From Holosporaceae bacterium (lineage in GTDB: Bacteria; Pseudomonadota; Alphaproteobacteria; UBA3830), in assembly GCA_031288795.1 (NCBI GenBank), contig JAITQS010000011.1:327-64326 (forward strand): 64,000 bases of DNA. Reading direction: 5' to 3'. Positions 1-10,406 of this stretch are shown piece by piece. Made by a program: the position numbers and the translations under genes. Each line of letters opens with the position of its first letter. Position 1 is the stretch's first letter. The notes below the pieces were generated by a model. The model worked only from the letters and a program-made list of their open reading frames with translations, was not told the origin of the DNA and searched no databases.

Positions 1-66
1 GAACAAAAGCGACGAAAGCATTAATATACTCTTTTTCATTCAAACCTCACATTTCAAAAAAGAACT

Positions 67-1017
67 CTAAATACACCATGAAACTATTAACCTGACCGCA
101 TAACTTTTTGTTTTTTGCTTATGATCAGCGACTCTAGACAAAACAAATCCTGCATCATCATCATCATCATAGGACATATCCGAGCAAACGATACTTCCAG
201 ATTTTTTACTCTCGAATCTATATTCTCCCTCCAAACGAACGGACACAGAACTATTGACGGCCAAATCGACTCCTGCAGCCACAATTGGCACCAACTTCGA
301 CACTTTTATCTTCTCGTTAGAACCAGAAAATTGTGCACTACCGGAAATATATGCTCCTCCACCTTTTACGTAGAGCAGCAAATCATGCCAATCCGAAACT
401 TTATACCCCAACCTAATGGCGGCACTAGGAATTAAACCGGAATTACTTAGAGTACATTTCAGATCCTCTCCCAGTGTTTTCGTAATTTTACTGGTACTTC
501 CAAAATCCAGAAGTGTCTCGATGGCAGCATAGAAACCGTTATCGAACAGCCTACCGTAACCGACTCCAACAACACCCGAAAGGTGCGTTTTATGTTCATT
601 GGATAGACGCAATCTACGATACATATCGAACGCAAGGACCTCTTCGTCATCCTCATTGTCACCGGCATCAGCATTGGACACGTCGATATCAACGAACCCA
701 TCTTCCTTAAGCAAAGGTACCAAGGATTCCTCAAAATCCAGTAGCCCTTCTTCATCGTCTTCAGCTTCATAGGAATACTTCACATTCGACTTTGCGTTAT
801 TCTCCGTAAAAAGACCTCCGACACCGGCAAGCAAATAAAAACCCTGGCTGCGCCTTTTCTTGCATTCCAAATTAGGCGACACGCTAGCGACATTATTCGT
901 AGGCAAATACTCTTCACTTACGGGAGTACTTTCACCTGTGTACTCATCGGCAGCTGCCATCCCTAACGTCACCATTGACGCCAGCACAAAACATGAAGCA
1001 AAACATTTACTTCTCAT
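67..1017 (-). CDS. putative outer-membrane beta-barrel protein with acidic loop insertions
   Basis: 316-aa ORF. It has a signal peptide (MRSKCFASCFVLASMVTLGMAAA). It has amphipathic strand-like segments (GFYLLAGVGGLF, VVGVGYGRLF, AAIRLGYKV, VSVRLEGEYRF) and D/E-rich loops. Confidence 0.45.
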   Translation of the reverse strand: MRSKCFASCFVLASMVTLGMAAADEYTGESTPVSEEYLPTNNVASVSPNLECKKRRSQGFYLLAGVGGLFTENNAKSNVKYSYEAEDDEEGLLDFEESLVPLLKEDGFVDIDVSNADAGDNEDDEEVLAFDMYRRLRLSNEHKTHLSGVVGVGYGRLFDNGFYAAIETLLDFGSTSKITKTLGEDLKCTLSNSGLIPSAAIRLGYKVSDWHDLLLYVKGGGAYISGSAQFSGSNEKIKVSKLVPIVAAGVDLAVNSSVSVRLEGEYRFESKKSGSIVCSDMSYDDDDDAGFVLSRVADHKQKTKSYAVRLIVSWCI

Positions 1018-1364
1018 GACCCCCTCCTAACAACATATATAGCTTCAAGGTACAAGCGAAAACACAATCTATAATTGATTATATCTGTCACTTGCAACTC
1101 AACCTACCCTATCTAAATAATGAATGCAATAGGTTTTTTAACCATTTTTTTATCATTCTTGGGGAAATTTACTTTTTCATGATCTGTAATGTATTTCGAA
1201 TCCAGTACATAAAAAATCGTTATTTATCATGATAATATCCGATTTTTATACAAAAAGATTATTTCGTTTGGCACATACGATATTGGGCACAATGTGCACA
1301 GGCAAAATTCTCTAGTGTTTCAGAAAGAATCCGAAAAAAACCAAACATTAATGCCCACTAGAGA

Positions 1365-2894
1365 TTATTTTTGTGCCGTGATGTTTTTTTTTTGCGTCAG
1401 GAGCTTTTTTAGGGAAATAATTCCGCCCGCAGCCAAAATTATCATCCAAAAAAACAGATTCCCGTGTTTTTTGTAGGGAGTTTCCTCCGATAATTTTTGC
1501 GGTATGCGAAAATCTGCCACTCCGGATGTCCCCAGGGGAATGCGACATATTTCTCGGCCGCAGGGATCGAACACGGCGCTGATGCCGTAGTTGGTGCAGC
1601 GCACCAGCGGTATTCCCAGCTCCACGGACCGCGCTCGCACAATCTGCAAATGCTGATACGGCTCCGACGTGGGACCAAACCATGCGTCATTGGTAAGATT
1701 TATGATCACATCGGCCGTTTCATTTTTCGCTAGAAAATCCAACGGGAACACCGCCTCATAGCAAATGGTCATGGCCATTTTCAAACCAATGTCCAGAACG
1801 CATGGCCCGTCTCCCACATCGAAATCTCCGATGTCGTTGGCTATTCCGCGAAATGGCAGCGGAATAATGCTGCGAAATGGAATATACTCCCCAAATGGAA
1901 CCAGATGAACTTTATCATAGTGGCCGATGTTGTCGCCCCGGTGATCCAGCACCACAATACTGTTGTGAATTTTTTCCGTTGGGAGATCCTCTCGCACTGC
2001 TCCCAAAATCAGGTGAGTTCCGGGATTTAGCACCGAACGGAAGCAATTTTTAAGATCTTCCTGCGTTTCGTTGTACAAATAGGGTAGCGACGCTTCCGGC
2101 CAAATCACGAAATCCAGATCGTCGGCACTTATGCTGTACCCCAGATGCTTCCACAAATGCTGCTCCGCTAGTCTATGAGCATTTTTCTCCCGTTGAGACA
2201 AATTACACTGAATTATGCGTCCCCGCCGGGATGTAAATTGCGTCTCGTGGGAATTTATGCGGAAAATCCCGAAAAATATCACGAAAATAAATAAAAACGC
2301 CAACACCGACGCCGAAATAATCGCGTTTTTTCCAGCGTGACGCCGAAGAAAAAAAACCCCAACCAGGCAGGACATTAGCATGGTAACAAAGCTGAATCCG
2401 TAAACCCCCCATAAACTCAGGGACTGGAGAAAAATTTCGTCGCAATTCCAGATGTAGGCCGGCAAAATCCACGGAAATCCCAGCGAAAAATGTCCATAAA
2501 AATACATTACGCCGGAGCAAATGGACGGTAGCAGCAGTGCCATCTCATATATGTCGGAGGAAATTCTTCTGGCAATCCAGCTGCCGATCGCCAATTGTAG
2601 AGAGAAATATCCCGGAACTACCACCACCGCAAACGGTATCAGAATCCAATGGCGAGCAAAGTCAATGGTCAGCGGATACGCCAGCCAATACAAACAACAG
2701 ACGTGCAACGTCAAAAAAAACATAAACGAAGGAAAAAAAACTTTTTTGGTCTCGTTCAGCTGCTGGAAAAACCATCCGAAGGCCAACAGAAACGCCGGAA
2801 AAAAATTCAGCGGTGCAAAACCGAGCGCCCCAACGGCTCCCGCCATACAATGCAAAAAAACGACATTATGTTTTAGTTTGGAGACTGTATTCAT
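1365..2894 (-). CDS. lnt: apolipoprotein N-acyltransferase
   Basis: 509 aa. A multi-TM N-terminus is followed by a CN-hydrolase domain with FVIWPEASLPY, MTICYEAVFP and INLTNDAWFG. Confidence 0.9.
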   Translation of the reverse strand: MNTVSKLKHNVVFLHCMAGAVGALGFAPLNFFPAFLLAFGWFFQQLNETKKVFFPSFMFFLTLHVCCLYWLAYPLTIDFARHWILIPFAVVVVPGYFSLQLAIGSWIARRISSDIYEMALLLPSICSGVMYFYGHFSLGFPWILPAYIWNCDEIFLQSLSLWGVYGFSFVTMLMSCLVGVFFLRRHAGKNAIISASVLAFLFIFVIFFGIFRINSHETQFTSRRGRIIQCNLSQREKNAHRLAEQHLWKHLGYSISADDLDFVIWPEASLPYLYNETQEDLKNCFRSVLNPGTHLILGAVREDLPTEKIHNSIVVLDHRGDNIGHYDKVHLVPFGEYIPFRSIIPLPFRGIANDIGDFDVGDGPCVLDIGLKMAMTICYEAVFPLDFLAKNETADVIINLTNDAWFGPTSEPYQHLQIVRARSVELGIPLVRCTNYGISAVFDPCGREICRIPLGTSGVADFRIPQKLSEETPYKKHGNLFFWMIILAAGGIISLKKLLTQKKNITAQK

Positions 2895-3182
2895 GAGATA
2901 ATGGATTTCAGTGAAACCTCAATCTCTCTATTTCAGCCACAAGAAGACCAGGAGATGTTGATGCGACATAGACTCCGGGCCGGCGGATAAAAGATTCGAG
3001 ACCACTGCATAATGGTGATCTTTTGGTAAAATTTTTCTCGTTTTCCCGTCTAAAAATCAGATTCCTAGTTATCGAATCCATTTAAACCTCCCCCCGATTA
3101 CATTATACATTGGAACCGTCGATGTCAAAAAAATCACGAATTCCAATGTCCCATAATATATTAAAAACGCGGCCCAGCGCAA

Positions 3183-3210
3183 GAGACCGTTGCACAATGA
3201 GATATTTTCC
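3183..3210 (+). repeat. relic left arm of the palindromic repeat family
   Basis: GAGACCGTTGCACAATGAGATATTTTCC matches the left terminus of the family. No right terminus is recognisable. Confidence 0.4.
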
Positions 3211-3410
3211 GAATTAACTTCGCCGAATCCGCTGCAGAGATTCTCGTCTACAGCCGCATATTTAAGGTTTTTTCGTCCTGCTATGCTAGTCGGAAAAACA
3301 ACGAAATTTTATATATAATTTTAATAAAAATTTACATCATCTATTGACTTAAAACATGTTTTTGGGGCATTCTAGAGGAAAGATTATTGCAGGCGGGAGA
3401 ATATAGCAGT

Positions 3411-3980
3411 ATGTCTACCGAAAATACACTAATAGCAAGAATATGTCATGATTTGATAACGCCATTTAACGCTATTAATCTTGGCTTGGAAGCTTTCGAA
3501 ATGTCGTCTGACATGTTCCTGATCGAAGACATCAAAAAAAGTACCGCCAAAGCCAACGTCACATTGAAATTTATCCGAGAACTGTTTTCTGAAAAATCAG
3601 ACGGGTTTTGCTATTCCGTCGATTCGCTGAAGTATGTGGTGGCCGATATGCTCAGCGTATGTGGTATTTCATACGCACTGGAATCTGACATCGGAAATAT
3701 TCCCAATGTTGCCGGAAAAATCATCATGTTTACGGCAATAGTAGCGAAGGAAATAATGCCGTTTGGAGGTACAGCCACTACGAATCTAAGCAACATGTCC
3801 GGAAGAATCATAACCTGCTGTAGCGGAAAAAGCGTGGCGATTCCGTCAATGGTCATCCATGAATTAAGTCACGGAAACATCATGAGACACTACCTGATAA
3901 AACTACTGCACAAGTCCGGATTCGAAATGACATCACATAAGGAAGGTACGAGCGTAGTAATTTGTCAAAAAATGATCTAG
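3411..3980 (+). CDS. chpT: histidine phosphotransferase ChpT-like protein
   Basis: N-terminal LIARICHDLITPFNAINLGLE matches the ChpT/HPTransfase His motif of Alphaproteobacteria. The size (189 aa from the ATG at 3411) fits. GGGAGA lies 10 nt upstream of the ATG. The track ORF starts at a TTG at 3387. Confidence 0.7.
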   Translation: MSTENTLIARICHDLITPFNAINLGLEAFEMSSDMFLIEDIKKSTAKANVTLKFIRELFSEKSDGFCYSVDSLKYVVADMLSVCGISYALESDIGNIPNVAGKIIMFTAIVAKEIMPFGGTATTNLSNMSGRIITCCSGKSVAIPSMVIHELSHGNIMRHYLIKLLHKSGFEMTSHKEGTSVVICQKMI

Positions 3981-4000
3981 GGAAGGATAGACCGCTAAGA

Positions 4001-4023
4001 GAGACTGTTGCATAATGAAATCG
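4001..4023 (+). repeat. solo terminus of the palindromic repeat family
   Basis: GAGACTGTTGCATAATGAAATCG is the left terminus only. It lies between the convergent chpT and yidD genes. Confidence 0.35.
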
Positions 4024-4045
4024 TTGCCCTGCGCCTATTTTCCCG

Positions 4046-4270
4046 TTACTTATCCGCCGATTCCGGAAAATCTACGCCGCCGGAAGTGAACGGATTGCAT
4101 TTCACCAGTCGCACAAGCGTTTTATGCAGTCCTTTCCATAATCCGAATTCTTTTATGGCCATAATGGCGTACTCCGAACAGGTCGGAAAAAATTTACACT
4201 GAAATAATTTTAGATGCGGCGAAATAATCATCTGATAAAACCGAATGAAAACAATTGCTATTTTTTGCAT
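4046..4270 (-). CDS. yidD: membrane protein insertion efficiency factor YidD
   Basis: 74 aa. Motifs: FIRFYQMIISP, CKFFPTCSEYA, VKCNPF..GG.D. It lies downstream of rnpA. Confidence 0.85.
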   Translation of the reverse strand: MQKIAIVFIRFYQMIISPHLKLFQCKFFPTCSEYAIMAIKEFGLWKGLHKTLVRLVKCNPFTSGGVDFPESADK

Positions 4271-4611
4271 TTAAGTAATTTCCGATTAAGTAGCAAAACA
4301 GCTCTGCGAGTATCATTAAGCAACAAAGACCAATCGGCGTGGCAAATGGCGGACTTCGCTATGAACACATAATCTACACCACTCATGCCAATATCGGTGA
4401 TGATTGCATCTGCCAGAGCCCGCATTCGGCGTTTACATCTGTTTCTTACGACGGCATTTCCAACTCTCCTGGACGCCGTAAATCCTACCCTGCAACGACC
4501 AAGGTTGTTCAGATCACTCTGCACAACCATGGCTCCAAATTTAAAATAAAAACCAGACTGAGCGATTTTTAAAAAATCACGCCGCGCTTGAATTCTCGAA
4601 TCTTTTTTCAA
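4258..4611 (-). CDS. rnpA: ribonuclease P protein component
   Basis: 117-aa basic protein with RVGFTASRRVGNAVVRNRCKRRMR. It sits between rpmH and yidD and overlaps yidD by 13 nt. Confidence 0.85.
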   Translation of the reverse strand: MKKDSRIQARRDFLKIAQSGFYFKFGAMVVQSDLNNLGRCRVGFTASRRVGNAVVRNRCKRRMRALADAIITDIGMSGVDYVFIAKSAICHADWSLLLNDTRRAVLLLNRKLLKCKK

Positions 4612-4628
4612 TGCAAAACTACGCCGAG

Positions 4629-4760
4629 CTATGCCGATAAACGCGCGCGCCCTTTTGCTCTTCTCGATTTCAAAACATGCCCGCCAGCTGCGGTTCTGGC
4701 TCTGAAACCGTGTCTACGTTTGCGAATCAATCTACTTGGGTTGTATGTTGGCTTGGCCAT
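4629..4760 (-). CDS. rpmH: 50S ribosomal protein L34
   Basis: Hand-translated; it is below the ORF-track length cutoff. The product is [43 protein letters not shown] (43 aa). AGGAAG Shine-Dalgarno sequence upstream. Confidence 0.9.
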   Translation of the reverse strand: MAKPTYNPSRLIRKRRHGFRARTAAGGHVLKSRRAKGRARLSA

Positions 4761-4785
4761 ATCTTCCTCTGCAATTTACGGAAGT

Positions 4786-4813
4786 AGTATAGCTCTAATA
4801 TAACCAATGTCAA
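4786..4813 (-). promoter_or_regulatory. sigma70-like promoter for rpmH-rnpA-yidD
   Basis: On the minus strand: TTGACA, a 16-nt spacer, then TATACT. It ends about 25 nt upstream of the rpmH ATG. Confidence 0.45.
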
Positions 4814-5066
4814 GAGATACGCAACAATAGAAAGATTATATATCAGGGCTCTTTAATTCTTGCGTAAGAAGAAATATCAAAGATAGATTATATATGAACA
4901 ATCGTATTTGAATTGCGGAAATATTTTTTTTATTTTCTGAAAAATGTATTTATTTTAGACAATTAATTTTCAAAAGAAAAAATCATTGTGTAAAATATCA
5001 AAATTATATTCCGTAATGCCGGATGATGTGTTAAAGTGATCACCGTAAATTATTCCTCGGTATTTT

Positions 5067-5141
<75 letters not shown>

Positions 5142-5178
5142 TTCCTTATTTTAGCCAAGATTATTGGGAGGTAGCGTT

Positions 5179-7032
5179 ATGAACAAAATTTCCGGTTTTG
5201 AGTACATAAAAAAAAATGACATCAAAAAAGCTCTGGCCCTTGTGGTGGACGGAACTACCGTAGATTTATCAACTACCTTCGATGAAAATGCCAAGGTGGA
5301 AGTCATAACTAAGGATCATTCGCTGGCACTGGAAATCATGCGTCATACGACGGCGCACATTATGGCTCAGGCGCTCCAGGAGCTATATCCGCAGATCAAA
5401 ATTGCCATTGGTCCCACCATCGAAAATGGATTTTACTACGATGTGCAGTGCGATCATCAGATTACTCCGGACGATTTTGCCGCCATCGAAAAAAAAATGC
5501 AAGACATCATAAAAGCCGATTATAAAATTATCCGGGAGGTTGTATCCAAGGCGAACGCACTGGAGATATTCTTCGCCGAGCCGTTTAAACGAGAACTCAT
5601 TAGCGATCTGGATGTATCTGAGGTCAGCATATATCGCCACGAAGACAAATTCGCCGATCTGTGCCGTGGTCCCCATTTGCCCAAAACCGGAATGGCGTCA
5701 CATCATTTTAAGATTATGAAATTGGCAGGAGCCTACTGGCGCGGAGATTCCAAACGAGAAATGCTGCAGCGTATCTACGCCACGTCTTGGTTTTCCAAGG
5801 AAGATTTAGACACACACCTCTACAATCTTGCCGAAGCCGAAAAGCGGGATCATAGAAAAATCGCCCGAGACATGGATCTATTCCACATGCAGGAGGAAGC
5901 GGCGGGCTCGGTATTCTGGCATCCCCGCGGCTGGACCCTCTATAATACACTGCGGGACTATGTAAGAAAATGTATTCAGCAGGACGGATATCTGGAGGTT
6001 TGCACTCCCCAGATGATCGATAGATCACTGTGGGAAGCTTCCGGTCACTGGGAAAAATATCGGGAGCACATGTTTATCGCAGAATCGGAAGGCCGAGTCC
6101 TGGCCATTAAGCCCATGAACTGCCCCGGAGCTGTCCAAATTTTTAAGCAGGGTATGAAGAGCTATCGGGATCTGCCACTGCGTCTGGCGGAATTCGGCTG
6201 CTGCCACCGAAACGAGCCGTCGGGCTCACTCTACGGCGTCATGCGTGTCCGCGGATTCACCCAGGACGATGCACATATTTTCTGCACACCGGAGCAAATC
6301 AACTCCGAAACTAAAAAATTCTGTCAACTGCTCACGAAAATCTACAGCGACATGGGTTTCAATTCCTTCAGTGTAAAATTTTCCGATCGGCCGGAAGTAA
6401 GAACCGGCTCCGACGAAATCTGGGATATCGCCGAGGATCTACTGAAAAAAGCCACCGTTGAATCCGGACTCGAGTTCGTCACCAACAAAGGAGAAGGAGC
6501 ATTCTACGGTCCCAAACTAGAGTTCGTCCTGAAGGATAAACTGGGACGCGATTGGCAGTGCGGTACACTACAGGTGGATTTCCAAATGCCAGAACGATTG
6601 GGCGCCGTATACGTCGGCGAAGATGGCGAAAAACACCATCCTATTATGCTCCATCGAGCAGTTCTGGGATCTCTGGAGAGATTCATCGGTATACTTTTGG
6701 AAAATTACGCGGGAAAATTACCGCTGTGGCTGAGTCCAGTGCAAATGGTCGTCGCCACCATCACCAATGACTCAAACGCCTATGCCCAGAAGTTTTTTAA
6801 CGCTCTGGAACAAAATAATATTAGAGCAAAACTCGATTTGAGATCCGAAAAAGTTTCCTATAAAATAAGAGAACATTCGATTGCTAAAGTGCCACTAATG
6901 GCTATACTGGGAGCAAATGAGTCCGCTGCCAATACCATAACTATTAGAAAAATTGACGGCATCCAGGAAACTTTGTCCTGGGAAAAAGCACTGGACCTCA
7001 TAAAAAAATCATGCTCGACACCAACTATCTAA
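5179..7032 (+). CDS. thrS: threonine--tRNA ligase
   Basis: Motifs: HTTAHIMAQA, class II core CHRNEPSGSLYGVMRVRGFTQDDAHIF, QVDFQMPERL. An anticodon-binding C-terminus is present. GGGAGG lies 7 nt before the ATG at 5179. Confidence 0.95.
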   Translation: MNKISGFEYIKKNDIKKALALVVDGTTVDLSTTFDENAKVEVITKDHSLALEIMRHTTAHIMAQALQELYPQIKIAIGPTIENGFYYDVQCDHQITPDDFAAIEKKMQDIIKADYKIIREVVSKANALEIFFAEPFKRELISDLDVSEVSIYRHEDKFADLCRGPHLPKTGMASHHFKIMKLAGAYWRGDSKREMLQRIYATSWFSKEDLDTHLYNLAEAEKRDHRKIARDMDLFHMQEEAAGSVFWHPRGWTLYNTLRDYVRKCIQQDGYLEVCTPQMIDRSLWEASGHWEKYREHMFIAESEGRVLAIKPMNCPGAVQIFKQGMKSYRDLPLRLAEFGCCHRNEPSGSLYGVMRVRGFTQDDAHIFCTPEQINSETKKFCQLLTKIYSDMGFNSFSVKFSDRPEVRTGSDEIWDIAEDLLKKATVESGLEFVTNKGEGAFYGPKLEFVLKDKLGRDWQCGTLQVDFQMPERLGAVYVGEDGEKHHPIMLHRAVLGSLERFIGILLENYAGKLPLWLSPVQMVVATITNDSNAYAQKFFNALEQNNIRAKLDLRSEKVSYKIREHSIAKVPLMAILGANESAANTITIRKIDGIQETLSWEKALDLIKKSCSTPTI

Positions 7033-8327
7033 ATGCGATTTATAAAATGAAATTTTTTAAAGATCAAATTAGAGATTTTCCCATTGTGGTGAAAAAAATA
7101 CTACTAAAAATAGTAACCGCAGCCGAAATACAGGTAGAAAAATACGGCGCCCGCTACGTGTCTTTCGGCTCATTTTCTCTCATAAATTATGTCTTTCCAA
7201 TCTATATGTGGTCAGACCGCAATTGCCTGGACACATCAGTGCTGATAATAAGAGCATTAGCCGGTATGTTAAATTTTTTTCTGCTAATGCATGAATCCTG
7301 GAGCAGACCATTAAGAAGATATCTGCCGCTTTATTGGTATTTCACGGTTATGTTTTCGCAGTCGTTTTTTGCGTCCTATATGCTGTGCCTCGAAGGATTT
7401 ACCGTTTTTTGGATCATAAATATATCGTTAGCCATGATTTTATCCCTCATTGTGCTGGATTTCTATAGTTTTCTGATTGTATTTCCATTGGGGGTCGTGC
7501 TGGCCTATATTATTTTATATATCAATAATATTCCCATTAATCTGAGTTTTTCCAAGGATATCCCCTTCCAGGTGGTATATCTTATTGTGCTTTCCGGCAT
7601 AATTTCCATCGTTTTTTCCAGAAATAAGGAAAAAATCGAACAGGAAAAAATGAACGCGCTGCGGGTGCTGGGCGCTACGCTGGCCCATGAAATGAGAACC
7701 CCTCTGTCGACGGTCAGCATGATCTGCAAAATCATGAAGCGCAATTTGACTGCAGAACCAAAAGATGTAAAACAACTTTTCTCAAACGTAAAAAAAATAG
7801 AAAATGAATCAAAAGAAATGATGGTCACAGTCGATATGATCTTAACAAGAATAAATCAACTGCATACCGTCGATAATTTCGAAAAATGCAGCATAAAAGA
7901 ATGTATTAACGCTATGTTGGAAAGATATCCATTCTGCGATGATGAACGCAAATTAGTCAAAATAAACTGTAGTCGCGATTTTTTCTTTATGGGACAAAAA
8001 ACCATTGTTGTTCATATACTTTTCAATCTCATGCAGAACGCACTTTATCAAATTCATTCGGTTAATTGCGGATGGATTATGCTTTCCACCAAGAAAAAAC
8101 AAAAATACAACGTGCTACAGTTCAAAGACACCGCCTTCGGCATAGACCCCGCCATATACGCGCGATTGTTCGAACCCATGGTGACGGGAAAATTCGCCGG
8201 AACCGGACTGGGACTTCATTTTTGTAAAACCGCGATAGAATCCATCGGTGGAGAAATTACCTGCCAATCCGAATTCGGAAAATATACAGAATTCACACTT
8301 TCGTTTCCCCAAATAACAAAAATATAA
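7011..8327 (+). CDS. membrane sensor histidine kinase (orphan, no adjacent response regulator)
   Basis: Multi-TM N-terminal half. H box LAHEMRTPLS, N box LFNLMQNALYQ, F box LFEPMVTG, G2 box GTGLGLHFCK. The start is uncertain (ATG at 7011 overlaps the thrS end; alternative ATG at 7053). Confidence 0.8.
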   Translation: MLDTNYLNAIYKMKFFKDQIRDFPIVVKKILLKIVTAAEIQVEKYGARYVSFGSFSLINYVFPIYMWSDRNCLDTSVLIIRALAGMLNFFLLMHESWSRPLRRYLPLYWYFTVMFSQSFFASYMLCLEGFTVFWIINISLAMILSLIVLDFYSFLIVFPLGVVLAYIILYINNIPINLSFSKDIPFQVVYLIVLSGIISIVFSRNKEKIEQEKMNALRVLGATLAHEMRTPLSTVSMICKIMKRNLTAEPKDVKQLFSNVKKIENESKEMMVTVDMILTRINQLHTVDNFEKCSIKECINAMLERYPFCDDERKLVKINCSRDFFFMGQKTIVVHILFNLMQNALYQIHSVNCGWIMLSTKKKQKYNVLQFKDTAFGIDPAIYARLFEPMVTGKFAGTGLGLHFCKTAIESIGGEITCQSEFGKYTEFTLSFPQITKI

Positions 8328-8372
8328 CACCAAATCTCGCTTGGGGAGCCAAACTGCCGATCTAATATAAAA

Positions 8373-8514
8373 GAGACTGTTGCCTAATGGATTTTTCTCG
8401 TCATCGATTTCGTCAAATCCGTTGCTCAGATCCTCAAGTACAGACAGTACACTGCGGTCTTGCGCTACGTTTTTCCTCGTTCTTGCAAGAAAAATCTCAT
8501 TATGCAACAGTCTC
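8373..8514 (-). repeat. palindromic MITE-like element, full-length copy A (reverse orientation)
   Basis: 142 bp. Termini GAGACTGTTGCCTAATGG...TTATGCAACAGTCTC. The interior is near-identical to copies B, E and H. Confidence 0.85.
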
Positions 8515-8548
8515 TAAAAAACAGCTAAAGCGCAGATTTCAAAAAACT

Positions 8549-9514
8549 TTAATAATAATTGTATGTGGGCGATGTATTGTTATCGTTATCGCTATCGTTA
8601 TCGTTATCGCTATCGTAGACAAAGTTAGAAGACCAATAGTTCTGGGAAAGAAGCGGAGAAGCCGATCCAATTTCGTCATCTTGGGGAATATTTACTACAT
8701 CTTGTGCCTGGTTGTTGGTATTTTGATCTACAAAACCAGGATTGGTTTTCTGCATAATTAGCAATCTTTGCACAGATACATCGGATGTTCGAAGGTGATA
8801 GCCGGCGGTATCATAACTTATTACCATGGCGTCTATCAAACCATGTAGAGGGCTTCCCCCTTTAGTGCGCAATGCTTTGTTTATTTTAACTACTTCTGGA
8901 AATCTTTCAGTGCACTTTTCGGGCGCATATAGGGTGAATGTACCTCTGGTAATCCCCAACAATTTTATACTATCTGCGTTGGAAATAGTAGCTATCTCAA
9001 GCATTAGGGTGTTGAGCGTATTAAGATAATTACTCCACATATTTATAATACCTTCTTTTAGACCTTGACCTTGCTGCGTAAGATAATCGCTAAAATTATT
9101 AGCGAGCATTATACCCTTATTCCTTAGGTATTCGCTTACTTGTAAACATTGGGTAATTTCGTGGGAAATTTCTGAGTTATTTAGCACTGTTCTTTCTATA
9201 AAACCTAGAGTCTCAGTATTCGAATAAACCAATACTTTTCCACACATGGCGAACAATCTGGCCATGCTAATAAAATCATGGTTTGTCTGGGCCAATTGTC
9301 TTAGCGTTGTGTATCTACGCATTAGTAGCATACCAGCAATTGGAGCACTGAACGTATTGTTTACGCTGTTTTGCAACGTGTTATAAATACCTTCTTCGGT
9401 TACGACCTTATCAAAATAGCTGAAATCGCGCTCCTCTATCTCCATACAACTAGCAGAGCTGAAGGCTATTGCAGCTCCAAGTATACAAATGCTCTTTTGA
9501 ATATATTTTTTCAT
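8549..9514 (-). CDS. hypothetical secreted protein with C-terminal D/N/S microsatellite tail
   Basis: ATG at 9514 is preceded by AGGAGG. Signal peptide MKKYIQKSICILGAAIAFSSASC. C-terminus DSDNDNDSDNDNN is encoded by GTTATCGTTATCGCTATC repeats. No family recognised. Confidence 0.6.
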   Translation of the reverse strand: MKKYIQKSICILGAAIAFSSASCMEIEERDFSYFDKVVTEEGIYNTLQNSVNNTFSAPIAGMLLMRRYTTLRQLAQTNHDFISMARLFAMCGKVLVYSNTETLGFIERTVLNNSEISHEITQCLQVSEYLRNKGIMLANNFSDYLTQQGQGLKEGIINMWSNYLNTLNTLMLEIATISNADSIKLLGITRGTFTLYAPEKCTERFPEVVKINKALRTKGGSPLHGLIDAMVISYDTAGYHLRTSDVSVQRLLIMQKTNPGFVDQNTNNQAQDVVNIPQDDEIGSASPLLSQNYWSSNFVYDSDNDNDSDNDNNTSPTYNYY

Positions 9515-9990
9515 TTCGCCTCCTATATTTACCAAAATAATATCCACTACATTTATAATATATTATAAATAATAAAGTAAAGTTTTTAATCATTAAACAA
9601 AAAGATAAATTATATTCTAAGCATTACAGCCAAATATTATGAAAATATTTATTGCTGAGTTGAAATTTTTAAGAAAAAAAAAAGATTATCCTGAAGACAG
9701 ATTAAATTATTATGGTCTTCGTGATTTTATGTTCTCAATATTTTTATTATAATCATACTGATAATTATTTGCATATTATGGCACGAAAAGCAACGCGAAT
9801 TAATTTTGTTTTTTATTTAAAATTAAGTTGATTATTTTTTATTTGTAATTTACCCTATGATCCGTTATTGGAGGTTAGGGACAGAAGCGTCCCGAGCATA
9901 CGGAGCCAGTTTCGACAGAAATTAGAGTTCTTGCGAAAAAGTTTTATTGGCGATCGTATGAGGTTTCTAGAAAAATATGGAGAGTGAATT

Positions 9991-10404
9991 ATGGCTACAG
10001 CTACTAGTACAAATACAACGGACAAAGCAAAAGATTGTTCTTTTGCGGGCTTCAAAGCATCAACACTTGATATGGATGCCTTTTGGGATTCATACAAAAA
10101 AAATTTAGAAATACTCGGACTCATAAATAAGATGTCGATGGAAGTGTGCACAGGCATAGCCAAATTGCAAACTACATTCTTTAAGCAAGCTATGGAGGAT
10201 TTTGGAGGAATTTTCAGTTCAAAGCCTTCGGAAACGGCTTCAAAATTTTCGGAGGTTACTCAAAACACCCTAAACAGAGCCATCGGCAATGGAAAGCAGA
10301 TTTCCGAGATAGTAACCGCTGCCAATAAAGATATTTCCACTGTTGCTTCCGGGAGATTAAAAGACTCTTTCGAAGAAGCAAAAAAATTTATGGGGAAAAA
10401 ATAG
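9991..10404 (+). CDS. phasin-family (PHA granule-associated) protein, tentative
   Basis: 137 aa, helical and low complexity. The layout resembles the alphaproteobacterial phasin family (FWDSYKKNLE..., ...QTTFFKQAMEDF...). GGAGAG Shine-Dalgarno sequence. Confidence 0.5.
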   Translation: MATATSTNTTDKAKDCSFAGFKASTLDMDAFWDSYKKNLEILGLINKMSMEVCTGIAKLQTTFFKQAMEDFGGIFSSKPSETASKFSEVTQNTLNRAIGNGKQISEIVTAANKDISTVASGRLKDSFEEAKKFMGKK

Positions 10405-10406
10405 AA

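Noticed and set aside
8115-8761. ORFs built on repeat copies, with the shared peptide NEIFLARTRKNVAQDRSVL: 8115-8507 minus, 8387-8761 plus, 10260-10547 minus, 23016-23216 plus, 32145-32387 minus, 60863-61138 minus.
   Set aside because: The conservation comes from the DNA repeat, not from a protein family. The ORFs extend into antisense or intergenic sequence and differ in frame and extent at each locus.
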